From: Candidatus Marinacidobacterales bacterium | Lineage (GTDB): Bacteria > Acidobacteriota > Vicinamibacteria > Marinacidobacterales > DATDRI01 | Assembly (NCBI GenBank): GCA_965226495.1 | Contig: OZ245365.1 | Span: 2,624,001-2,688,000 of the forward strand | Direction of reading: 5' to 3' | Length of the DNA stretch: 64,000 nt | In this document: positions 1 to 9,779 of the stretch, in pieces | Position numbering within the stretch: the first letter of the stretch is position 1 | Layout of the letters: each line of letters starts with the position of its first letter | Program-made: the position numbers and the translations under genes | The notes under the pieces: model-generated | Databases searched by the model: none | Told to the model about the DNA's origin: nothing | Seen by the model: only the letters and a program-made list of their open reading frames with translations

Positions 1-64
1 ATCAGCAGCTTAACCGAGCGCGGGGAACCGTACGGAGATTTGACAGGAAAATTAAGACTTGACC
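1..64 (+). mobile_element. Terminal fragment of the IS256-family element (end of transposase plus inverted repeat), cut by the window edge
   Basis: Positions 1-64 are the reverse complement of 17743-17806 and end in TTTGACAGGAAAATTAAGACTTGACC. Confidence 0.92.
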
Positions 65-339
65 AGGAATTGATATGGGCCAGGCAGGCGGGTCGTCCGA
101 CGCCTGATAGTTCTAATGGCGTCCGCTTACACAGCTAAGCGCGCTCGGTTTCATTGTCCACGAATGAAAAACGGAAAAAAACGAAAGGAGCGAACTCATG
201 CAGTCCAAAAGGAGGGAGTCTCTCCTAGCTTGGCCTATTGCAATGGAACTCAGAAGTAGGCTCCAGTTAGTTTTTTGCGTACTCCTCATACTGGTTGGTT
301 TATCAGAGCAAAAGGCCTGGGGACAGGCCAGTGTCACTG

Positions 340-1349
340 TCTCCGTAGATCCTAGAGCTGCTTTCTTGCATACGAATAGCGACAGCTCAGTTCCTGCGAC
401 AATCGTAGATCTGGCGACGGAAGGGTTTGCTCCGGGCGACCTGTTGGAGATCACCTACGACTTTCCTCCCCCGGGTTATAGCATTTCCGGTGATTGTGCC
501 CCAGAGAGGACCCTGCCTGAACAAATACGTCTATTGGGCGTCTTCAGCGGATCCGATACTCTACTCCCGAAGGCCGACTTAGCCCGCGTCCAAGACGCCA
601 TCGACACCGTGCCTGACTTCACATCGAGTCCAACATTTTTTGGCACACAACCGACGGACATCCCAGAGGATTTCCAGGTCTCTCCGCCCAGCAGTTTCAT
701 CATTGCAGTTCCCACCGGCGCTACTCATCTTTTCTTGGGGATGCATGACAGCTTTTATCAAGACAACTGTGTCCCTGGAAACAGTGCATCCTTTCCTCCC
801 TTTGGAGCGGTAATAGTGACCATTAATCCCGCCCCAGTCGTTCAGCCTCCATTCTCCGTGGATCCTAGAGCTGCTTACTTGCATACGAATAACGACAGCC
901 CAGCTCTTCCGACAATCGTAGATCTGGACGCGGAAGGGTTTGCTCCGGGCGACCTGTTGGAGATCACCTACGACTTTCCTGCCCCAGGTTTTAGCCATAA
1001 CGGTTGTAACTCAGGGTTTAGAACACCTGAACAGGTAGGTCTGCTAGGCGTCTTCAGCGGATCCGCTACTCTGCTCCCGAAGGAGCTCTTAGCACGCGTC
1101 CAAGACGCCATCGACACCGTGCCTGACTTCACATCGAGTCCAACGTTTTTTGGCGGACAACCGACGGACATCCCAGAGGATTTCCAGGTCTCTCCGTCCA
1201 GCAGTTTCATCATCGCAGTTCCCACCGGCGCTACTCACCTTTTCTTGGGGATGCATGACAGCCTTTATTTCGACAACTGTGTCCCTGGAAACAGTGCATC
1301 CTTTCCTCCCGTTGGAGCGGTAATAGTGACCATTAATCCCGCCCCGGTC
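340..1349 (+). repeat. Intragenic tandem duplication, period ~510-513 bp
   Basis: SVDPRAA(F/Y)LHTN...VIVTINPAPV occurs twice with near-identical DNA. Confidence 0.95.
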
Positions 1350-1827
1350 TGCGTTCAGCCTCCATTCGGCCTGGTCAGTTGGTGGCCGGGTGATGGCGAT
1401 GCTGCAGATATTGTGGGTTCGAATAACGGTACCGTTCATGGTGGGGCGTTCGCAATGGGGTTTGTTGCGTCAGGAACCGGTCAAGCCTTTAGTTTTGATG
1501 GTGTGAGTGATTTTGTCTCGATTCCGGATGCTGCGAACTTAGAACCGCAGAACCTCACGATAGATGCGTGGGTCAAAGCTGAGACGGTAGGAAGTTTCCC
1601 CGATTTTCTGGGGCCCGTAATCATATCGAAGGATGTCCCAGGCGTCGGTGCTTCCTATGCCCTCTTCGGTCCTGGAAATACAGGCCGGTATACAGCCATT
1701 GTCGATACGGATAGCTCGACGCGGGCTCAGGTTTCTAGCATGAACGCATTTGCGTTCCTTAAATTCCATCACGTCGCTATGACGTGGGATGGAAGCGCGC
1801 TCAAGCTTTACGTTAACGGACTGTTAG

Positions 1828-2007
1828 CCCTAATGCAAAATCTTCGAAGCACGAAAACGCGAAACAGGTGGGCGCAGGCGAGAAGCTCGTGCTGGGGCAC
1901 CCGCTCGCCGCCACTATAGGTGATTCTGCACGGTGTATGCAAAACCTCAAGGTGCTATTCACGGGGCCAAAGACCTCAGACACGGTGACGTTTATTTGCG
2001 ATTAGGG
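1828..2007. mobile_element. 180-bp non-autonomous MITE-like insertion
   Basis: Left end CCCTAATGCAAA, right end TTTGCGATTAGGG. TTAG is duplicated at 1824-1827 and 2008-2011. The empty site restores the reading frame. Confidence 0.85.
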
Positions 2008-3575
2008 TTAGAAGGTACAGCTGATATAGGAGCTCAAACCATACTCCATGGAACCGGTGAAGTGGGCATAGGGAGACATCCTTTTTTCGGCTCTCGGCAT
2101 TTCGACGGGCTCATCGACGAGGTCGAACTCTTCAACCGCGCTTTACTTCCAGAAGAAATCCAGACCATCTTCAATGCTCGCAGCGCGGGGAAGTGCAAGG
2201 CTCCGGAGAACCAGCCGCCGGTATGTGACGCCGGCGGACCCTACATTGTTGAGTGCGAGGGCTTGACAACGACCGTCCTGCTCGACGGGAACGACTCATT
2301 CGATCCTCCTGACGACGGCACTTTGGACTTCAGCTGGGATACCGACTGCCCAGGTGCAACTTTTAGTCCAAACGATGTCAGCCCGATACCGAACCTTAGC
2401 GTTGACGGCTTGGCGAGCTGTGAGGTTACTTTGACAGTCGTGGACGATGAGGGTGCGTCGGGTACGTGCGTGGGAGCGGTGACCGTGGAGGACACGACGG
2501 CGCCCGTGGTCGCGCTCAACGGTCCCTCAGAGCTGGCGCTGGAGTGTGGAGTGGACAGCTACACCGAGCTGGGGGCCACCGCAACGGACGGCTGCGACCA
2601 AAGTGTTACCGTCGCGATCGGAGGTCAGGTCGACGTAGCTACGCCGGGGACCTATGTGATCACCTACGACGCGACCGACGCTTCCGGCAACCAAGCCCAG
2701 CAAGCGGCGCGCATCGTTAACGTGGTCGACACGACGGTGCCCGTGGTCTCGAACACGATCGGCTCTCCGAATCCGGTTGCAGTGAACACGTCGTTCAGTA
2801 TCACCGCCGACATCGCGGATCTGTGCTCGAACGTCGACTCGGCTGAATACAGTCTCGACAACGGCGTTTCCTTCCAACCGATGGATCCCATCACGCCAGC
2901 TTCGAGCGTGAACCCATCGGTCACCGTGGTTGGTGGCATCCCTAACCCGACGCTGCTGTCCATCTGCGTGCGAGGTACGGATGAGGCCGGCAACGTCAGC
3001 GATGCGGAGTGCAGCTTCCTGCCCGTTTACGACCCTAACGGCGGTTTCGTTACCGGTGGCGGTTGGATCGACTCACCCTTTGGCGCTTACGTTCCGGAGT
3101 CGACATTTGTGGGCAAGGCTAACTTCGGCTTCGTTTCCAAGTACAAGAAAGACCAGAGCACGCCCAGCGGTCAGACCGAGTTCCAGTTCAAAGCCGGCAA
3201 CCTGAACTTCCACTCCGGCACTTACGAGTGGCTTGTCCTGGCCGGGCACAAGGCCATGTACAAAGGTACGGGCACTATCAACGGCGGTGGCAACTACGGT
3301 TTTATGCTGAGCGCCATCGACGCCGACTTGACGCCGAGTGTCGACGACGACCAGTTCCGCATCAAGATCTGGGACAAGGGCAACAACGACGCAGTCGTCT
3401 ATGACAACCAGATAGGTGCGGCCGACGACGACGATCCAACCACCACGATAGGCGGCGGCAACATCAAGATCCACAAAAGGAAGTAGCCCTTGAACTGCAC
3501 TCGGTCGAGATAGCAACGTTTGGCCGATGCGTCGAAGGGATTCGATGGATTGCCCCTCCTCCCAGCCGGGGCTAG

Positions 3576-5074
3576 CAGCCCGTTGAAAAAGTCGTATTCG
3601 GCCGCGATATTTCTCTGAAGACTCATTCGATGACGATGTAAAATTGCATCGCATGTCGATGAAGAAGAAAAAGAAAAGTCGCCAAGAGACTTTATGGATT
3701 CCACACGATGCGGTTGCGTCGAGTCCTGGTCACCCTTTTTATGAGGAACTCGAGCGGGTACTTCGAGAGGAAGAGTTTGACTCGTTTGTGGAGTCGAAAT
3801 GCTCGCCGTATTACGCGAAGAAGCAAGGTCGGCCGAGCATACCGCCGGGTGTGTATTTTCGAATGCTGTTGATCGGCTACTTTGAGCGCATCGATTCAGA
3901 GCGCGGGATCTGCTGGCGGTGTTCGGACTCACTGTCTTTGCGCCAGTTTCTTGGCCTTGGAATGGAAGAGCGAACGCCGGACCATTCGTCGCTGTCTCGG
4001 ATACGGAATCGACTTCCGCTGGAAGTTCACGAATCTGTATTTGGATGGGTGCTAGAAATTCTAGCGTCGAGAGGGATGATAGATGGCAAGACACTGGGTG
4101 TGGACGCGACGACGCTGGAAGCGAATGCGGCGCTTCGGTCAATCGTTCGTCGAGACACGGGGGAAAGCTACGAATCGTATTTGAAGGAGCTTGCGCGCAA
4201 GAGTGGTATCGAAGAGCCGAGCCGAGCGGACATTGCGAAGTTGGACAAGAAGCGGCCAAAGAAAGGGTCGAACAAGGAGTGGGTGAATCCGAACGAGCCG
4301 GATGCGGAGATCATGAAAATGAAGAGCGGGGGCACGGATATGGCGCACAAAGCCGAGCATGCTGTGGACATGAGCGGGGAAGGTGCGGTAATTGCCGTGA
4401 CGCTTCACGGAGGCGCGAAGGGTGACACAAAGAGCCTACCGGATACGCTGGAAAAAGCGCAGTCAAATCTGCAAGAGCTCGCGAACAACGCGGAATATTG
4501 TGAACGAATACATGAAGACGCGGGTCGCGAAGTGGTCGGGGACAAGGGCTATCACGGCAACGACATCCTGGTTGAGCTGGTCGAACAAGAATACCGGAGC
4601 TACATTTCGGAGCCAGAGCGAGGTGGCCGCAAATGGAAGGACAAACAGGCCTGCAAGCCGCCACCTACGCGAACCGACGTCGCATTCGCGGGACTCGAGG
4701 TAAGCGATTAATACGCCGTCGCGGCGAGTTACTCGAACGACCTTTCGCGCAACTACCTCGAAGCGGGAGGCATGCGACGAACGCATTTGCGAAGACACGA
4801 AAATATACTCGAGCGCCTTCACGCACGTGGCCGGATTCAATCTCGGGATTCTGATGCGCAATCTCATCGGCAAGGCCACGCCGAAGGAATACGCGGAGCT
4901 CAACGCCAGTCTGATCGCTGCTTTATTGCGCTTCGTCTCGACCATAGGCGCACGTTTTGCCCCGCTGCAATCCATTGGGCGTCTCAACTTGGCCGTTCCG
5001 CCGAATCACATCTTCCTTGAACTTGCCCACCAAACTTTCTCCGTGAGCAGAATCGGGACTTTTTCACCGGGCTG
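3576..5074 (+). mobile_element. IS1182/IS5-like insertion sequence, 1499 bp
   Basis: Inverted repeats CAGCCCGTTGAAAAAGTC / GACTTTTTCACCGGGCTG (17/18 match). CTAG duplicated at 3572-3575 and 5075-5078. Confidence 0.9.
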
Positions 5075-5078
5075 CTAG
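3644..5078 (+). pseudogene. DDE transposase (DUF772-like N-terminus), frameshifted in the C-terminal part
   Basis: Motifs GRPSIPPGVYFRMLL, TPDHSSLS, VDATTLEANA, GDKGY. The C-terminus is spread over ORFs 4633, 4772 and 4827. Confidence 0.85.
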
Positions 5079-5091
5079 GGGGAGGGGCAGT

Positions 5092-6120
5092 TCATGGGCC
5101 AATTGGCACCGTTCGCCAGCCGTCGCTCTCGGTGAACTCTCGGGCGGCGAAGACCCAGATCATTACCTTCTTGTTGGCCCAATAGTCTGGGGTTGCCTGG
5201 GCACGCCGTAGCAGATTGATCCTCGCCGCAGTGGCTCCTGAGCCCCGCACGCCTACGAGGTCGACCGCGAAACCGAGTTCTAGAGCGAGTTGATCGGCGA
5301 GGCCGGCTCCCTCGGCGTGCATGTCACCGCCGGCGTGGAACACCAGCGTGTGACTGTCCCCCAACAAGACGACGGGGCTTGCAGGGCTGGATTCAGTTCC
5401 TACAAAACGCAGCGAGAGTTTTTCCTTGACACGTGAGGGTTCGTCCAAGGCCGTCCACAGGTCGCCGGTAATCTCTACCGTTTTCCACTCACTCTGAAAG
5501 TTTGTTTTTGGGATGTCCCCCAACTCGGTCCGGACCGAGTTGGCAATTTCCTCAGCGGCCAGGACCGTCGCAATCCCCGACCAGTGGGTGTCTTGTTGGC
5601 AATACATGAAACCATTCGAGTGCTCTCGGTTGGAGAGGAACAATGGCGTGAGGTCCAGGACCTTGATGCCCTTCTCACGAAGGAGCTCGTAAAACGCCTG
5701 ATGATGAGTGTCGAGGCGCGGTTGGGTCGCCGCCGCGGGCCGAAGTTTGTCCGGGTAGACGATGGCCTTCGGCGGTACCGGCACGAGCACAAGCTTGACA
5801 CCCATTTCGAGGAGCTGTTTGTGAAAATCGAGGATCGCCGGGAGCGGGTCCGCCCATTCGGGGCGTCGGGCCTTGCTCACCTGGGCTGCGGCCTCTCCCC
5901 AGAACTTCCCCGCGGCGAGGTGGCGCAATTCGGGGCCGAAGAACAACCAGCCCTCATTACCCTCGACGACGATACTTCCCTGCTCCTCGGCTGCCTGAGC
6001 TAGGGCCGACCATTCGGCTAAGACTTCGCTCGATGCGGGAGGTGAAAGGTCTGCGCCGTTGCACGACCCGATCAGCAGAGTCGCGCCCGTCACCAAGGGA
6101 CCGATGCGCAGCAGACTCAT
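5092..6120 (-). CDS. AlgX/AlgJ-type SGNH-like O-acetyltransferase, probable lipoprotein
   Basis: GxEGWLF, DTHW preceding GDS(H), and lipobox-like IGSC. Confidence 0.8.
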   Translation of the reverse strand: MSLLRIGPLVTGATLLIGSCNGADLSPPASSEVLAEWSALAQAAEEQGSIVVEGNEGWLFFGPELRHLAAGKFWGEAAAQVSKARRPEWADPLPAILDFHKQLLEMGVKLVLVPVPPKAIVYPDKLRPAAATQPRLDTHHQAFYELLREKGIKVLDLTPLFLSNREHSNGFMYCQQDTHWSGIATVLAAEEIANSVRTELGDIPKTNFQSEWKTVEITGDLWTALDEPSRVKEKLSLRFVGTESSPASPVVLLGDSHTLVFHAGGDMHAEGAGLADQLALELGFAVDLVGVRGSGATAARINLLRRAQATPDYWANKKVMIWVFAAREFTESDGWRTVPIGP

Positions 6121-7358
6121 TGCGGCGGCTGAGCGTTCTTGTAGATACGTCCGCCCTTCATGACGAAGACGACGTCCTTGACGCTGGTGATGTCCTCGCT
6201 GGGGTTCCCCGCGGTAGCGATGATGTCGGCTTCCATCCCGGGTGCCAGGATACCGATTTGATTTTGTAGGCCGAGGGACTCCGCGGCACGTGAGGTGGCA
6301 CTGATGATCGCGTCCATCGGGTCCTGACCGCCATCCCGAACGCGATAGACGAACTCTTCGTGGTTCTTCCCGTGCAATCCACCCAGCGCGTCGGTCCCGA
6401 ACACGATTTTCACGTGCTTCGCGAGGGCTCGCCGAAAAGTGTCGAGCCCGATCGCCATGCCTTTGTCCATGAAATCAAAACCCTCTTTGGTGTAGTTATC
6501 GATGCCGACGAACTTCGGCTGGTTAGCCAAGTAGTAATCAAGAAGAAGAAACTGTGGATCGTAGAACGTGCCGTTCTCTACCATCAGATCGAGGACATCA
6601 TCCGTCAGAGCGTTTCCATGCTCGATCGTCGTGCAGCCGGCTAGCACCGCCGCCCGCGCACCATCGGCGCCTTGCGCATGAACGACCGAGCGTTTGCCTA
6701 GCGCCTTGGCCTCCTGGCAGGCGGCCTGGATCTGCTCGTCGGTCATCGTCTGCTTGCCGCCGTCACGGATGCTCGCTGTCGCGAAGAGTTTAACGACATC
6801 CGCACCCTCGGCGACCGAATTCCGCACGAACTCGCGGATCTCTTCGGGAGAACCCGTGCTCTTTCTTGCCATTCCGATCGTCAGGAGAAGCCGAGGTCCT
6901 GGATTCCCTTCCGCCAGCCAATCCCTGAGCTCGCGGTCGAGAAGCGCTCGATCAGGCAAGGCACCCAAACTCTGGACGGTCGTAAAACCGGCCATCAAAT
7001 GCGCATAGGCGTTCGTGGCTCCGTAAAGAACGTAGCGTGAGGGTGCTTCATCGATCTCCGATGTAAGGCCGTGAAATCGATCGTTCGGCTCCATGTGGGT
7101 GCCGATGTGAATGTGGGTATCGATCCATCCCGGCATGACCGTCAGCTCGCCGAGGTCGTAGGTGACACCCTCCGCGGGGCCCGAGCCGACGCTCACGATC
7201 TGGGAGCCTTCAACCACGATCGTGGCGTCATGCAAGGTACGACCCTTCCCATCCAAGAGCGTCCCAGCTTTGATGACGATACGTTGCGTCTGGACCGCGC
7301 GGGCTATGTGCGGCAACAGGAGCGCAGCCAAGAGCGGCAGAACGGATCGCCACATCAC
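6117..7358 (-). CDS. Secreted amidohydrolase (Xaa-Pro dipeptidase-like)
   Basis: MPGWIDTHIH, TIEHG, FGTDA, G.EADII motifs and a signal peptide. Confidence 0.85.
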   Translation of the reverse strand: MMWRSVLPLLAALLLPHIARAVQTQRIVIKAGTLLDGKGRTLHDATIVVEGSQIVSVGSGPAEGVTYDLGELTVMPGWIDTHIHIGTHMEPNDRFHGLTSEIDEAPSRYVLYGATNAYAHLMAGFTTVQSLGALPDRALLDRELRDWLAEGNPGPRLLLTIGMARKSTGSPEEIREFVRNSVAEGADVVKLFATASIRDGGKQTMTDEQIQAACQEAKALGKRSVVHAQGADGARAAVLAGCTTIEHGNALTDDVLDLMVENGTFYDPQFLLLDYYLANQPKFVGIDNYTKEGFDFMDKGMAIGLDTFRRALAKHVKIVFGTDALGGLHGKNHEEFVYRVRDGGQDPMDAIISATSRAAESLGLQNQIGILAPGMEADIIATAGNPSEDITSVKDVVFVMKGGRIYKNAQPPQ

Positions 7359-8653
7359 GCTTTCACCTTCGGTTTCGTTAAGGACAGCAAATGAAAGCTC
7401 GCGACAAACACGACGAGCACGCAGACCGCCGAGACCAAGAACGTTTTGCTTTGTAAGGTCTCATATAAGATGCCGCCAAGGAGCAGCCCGACAATACTCG
7501 CGGCGCTTCCGACGCTACTCGCGAACCCCTGCACCGCCCCTTGGTGTTTGTCGCCGGCGACTCGAGAGAGGATAGCAAGAAACGACGGCCACATAAGGCC
7601 GTTTCCTAGCGAGAAGAGGCTAGCACCCACGAAGAGCCAAGGCCGGGCGAGCGCCGTCAAGCAAACGAAGGCGGAAGCTAGGATGATCGCGCCCACCAGC
7701 ATTAAGACAACGTCCGGTACCTTCTTACTGACGCGGCTCAGGAGTGGCCCCTGAACGAGCACTGTCGTCAGGCCGACAAACGAAAAGAAGAACCCGATTT
7801 CGGTGATCGACCAATTCAACCCACGAAGCGCATGGACCGGGAAGGCAGTGTAGAAGAGGTTGAAGGCGATGAAGAGCACAAAATAGAGGGCCAGCAGGAA
7901 CGCGACACCTTTGAGCTTCAAAACCGCTCTGAACGTGACGGCATCTTCAACGACGTAACAATCCACCTGCTCCTGTCCGAAGACCTTACGAATGTTTGTC
8001 CGCTCCGGGTTCTCCTCCAAAGCGCACGGGTTCGACTCCGGCAGGTGAACCGCGATGACATAAGACGCCGCGAGAGAGATGAGAAGAGCCGCCAACACGG
8101 GTATCACTTCTCCGTATGCAGTCGCCCCGAGCAACCCCGCGAGCGTCGGCCCCAGAATGAAGCCGAGATTTCCCGCGACCGCCATCTTGCCGAAGTTCAC
8201 GTTCCGCTCGTCCTCGTCGGTGACATCGGCAAGGTAGGCATTTGCGACGGAGACGTTGCCGCCCGTGAGACCGTCCAAGGCCCTGGCCAGAAACAGGACG
8301 GCGAGCGGGAGGGTGAGCACAAAGCTCCCGACTAGCGGGGAGTCGACTTCAAGAAGCGAGGTCGCCGGCAGGAACAGCGCCCCGAGAAAGACGAACCACG
8401 AGGCGAGCGTTCCGATCTGGCTGACGAGCAGGATCTTGCGACGGCCCCGGACGTCGGACCAGCGGCCGAGGATAGGCGCACCGACCAACTGAAATGCGGA
8501 GTAAGTGGCGCCCATGGCGCCGTAGACGAGCGCATTGCCACCGAACGCGGTAACCAACGTCACCAGGAACGGAAGGACGATGCTAAAGCCCAGCGTGCCG
8601 ATGAAGTTTACGAGCAGTATCGGGAAGAGTGAGACACGCTTCGCGCTGGCCAT
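7355..8653 (-). CDS. MFS transporter, TetA/DHA1-like
   Basis: GRWSDVRGRR motif A and ARALDGLTGGN. Start taken at ATG 8653. Confidence 0.85.
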   Translation of the reverse strand: MASAKRVSLFPILLVNFIGTLGFSIVLPFLVTLVTAFGGNALVYGAMGATYSAFQLVGAPILGRWSDVRGRRKILLVSQIGTLASWFVFLGALFLPATSLLEVDSPLVGSFVLTLPLAVLFLARALDGLTGGNVSVANAYLADVTDEDERNVNFGKMAVAGNLGFILGPTLAGLLGATAYGEVIPVLAALLISLAASYVIAVHLPESNPCALEENPERTNIRKVFGQEQVDCYVVEDAVTFRAVLKLKGVAFLLALYFVLFIAFNLFYTAFPVHALRGLNWSITEIGFFFSFVGLTTVLVQGPLLSRVSKKVPDVVLMLVGAIILASAFVCLTALARPWLFVGASLFSLGNGLMWPSFLAILSRVAGDKHQGAVQGFASSVGSAASIVGLLLGGILYETLQSKTFLVSAVCVLVVFVASFHLLSLTKPKVKA

Positions 8654-8706
8654 GAGCTCCTTTCGAGAGGAGCCAATTATAACGTCTGGACGCCGATTCC
8701 AGGCTT

Positions 8707-8775
8707 GTGCACACTTTTGGATCAGACCCCGGCGACATTTTGGGGTCAGACCCCGGTTACTTCTGTTACTTTTCG
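8707..8775. repeat. REP-like dispersed repeat with GGGGTCAGACCCC hairpin core, copy 1
   Basis: Aligns by eye with 47006-47074. Confidence 0.65.
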
Positions 8776-9705
8776 AAACTCGGTGCGCCAGGTCGGAAAC
8801 GCGGGCGACCACGCCAATTCCTTCTTGGCTTTCGCGTTTACGGCACCGCGCTGCTGGGTCATGTAAAACACACCGTAACGGCCGACGGCGAGCCTCGCCA
8901 GGAACGTAGGTATTTTTCTGGGAGCGGGAGCATTGAGCACCGTCGCGTAGACCGGGAGCCATTCTCGAAGGAGTGTCGGTTCATCGTCTACGACGTTATA
9001 GATCCCGGGCTGACCGTGATCGAGAGCCATTACGGTCGCTGAAACCGCGTCGTCCACGTGAATGAATGAGAACACTCCCGAGCCGCGCCCGGCGATCGGG
9101 AGTTGACGCGCGCGAACCAGGTCCGCGACGGAACCGTCTTCGGCATAGGCGGTACCGGGCCCATAGAAGTACCCGTACCGAAGAACGACACCTTCCACTC
9201 CCTCGAGCGAGAGTACCTGTCGCTCCAATTCGGCGACGGCCTCCACGGAACGCCGCCACGGCCATGGCGCGTCCAGCCAGAGCGGGGCGTCCTCGTCCTT
9301 CACCGGTCCACCTTCAGGGGTGTAAACGAACGAAATGCTCTGGGCAACGATCCGACGCGCTCCGGCCAAGGCCGCGGCCTTTACTAGATTTCGGGTGCCC
9401 TCGGTGCGGATCCGGTCGTTCGGAGCGAGCTCCACCTCCATCTTCCGCGGGTCGATGGCCTTGGGTAGCGCGGTGAGCTGATGGATCACGACTTCCGGAT
9501 TGGCTTTCAGCAGCACCTCCTGGAGTCCCTTGACGTCATAGACGTCGCACTCGACATAGTCGGCGCCCGGGACGGCGAGCCCCCTAGCCCGGTCCAGGTT
9601 GCGGGTCATGGCGGTCACGGTGTGACCCGCTTCGATGAGACGCGGAACGAGCCGCCGCCCGACGACTCCGGTGGCGCCTGCCACGAATACTCTCATTTTT
9701 CCCAT
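8746..9705 (-). CDS. NAD(P)-dependent epimerase/dehydratase (extended SDR)
   Basis: VFVAGATGVVG Rossmann motif, LRYGYFYG, SFIHVDDA. Confidence 0.88.
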   Translation of the reverse strand: MGKMRVFVAGATGVVGRRLVPRLIEAGHTVTAMTRNLDRARGLAVPGADYVECDVYDVKGLQEVLLKANPEVVIHQLTALPKAIDPRKMEVELAPNDRIRTEGTRNLVKAAALAGARRIVAQSISFVYTPEGGPVKDEDAPLWLDAPWPWRRSVEAVAELERQVLSLEGVEGVVLRYGYFYGPGTAYAEDGSVADLVRARQLPIAGRGSGVFSFIHVDDAVSATVMALDHGQPGIYNVVDDEPTLLREWLPVYATVLNAPAPRKIPTFLARLAVGRYGVFYMTQQRGAVNAKAKKELAWSPAFPTWRTEFRKVTEVTGV

Positions 9706-9779
9706 CCTACTATCTCCGTCCCCATCTTACCCATTCAATCGGGTATCTTGTCTCCTACCATTGGGATCGGAGGGATGTC

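Larger units (their letters stand above)
198..3486 (+). pseudogene. Large secreted multidomain protein (two ~170-aa repeats, LamG/ConA-like domain, PKD/Ig-like domains, conserved C-terminal GFVTGGGWI domain) split by a MITE
   Basis: ORFs 198..1919 and 1933..3486 join in frame (KLYVNG-LLEG-TADIG) when 184 nt at 1828-2011 are removed. Has a signal-like N-terminus and LamG motifs HHVAMTWDG and FDGLIDEVELFNRAL. Confidence 0.85.

Noticed and set aside
40-90. IS-derived hybrid promoter from TTGACA/TTGACC in the inverted repeat
   Set aside because: No credible -10 hexamer about 17 nt downstream of either.
340-1349. Diversity-generating retroelement TR/VR pair
   Set aside because: Mismatches between the repeats are not adenine-specific, both copies are in-frame coding, and no reverse transcriptase is present.
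1828-2007. Self-splicing intron or in-frame insertion
   Set aside because: It has terminal inverted repeats and a TSD, contains a stop codon, adds a net 184 nt, and shows no group I or II hallmarks.
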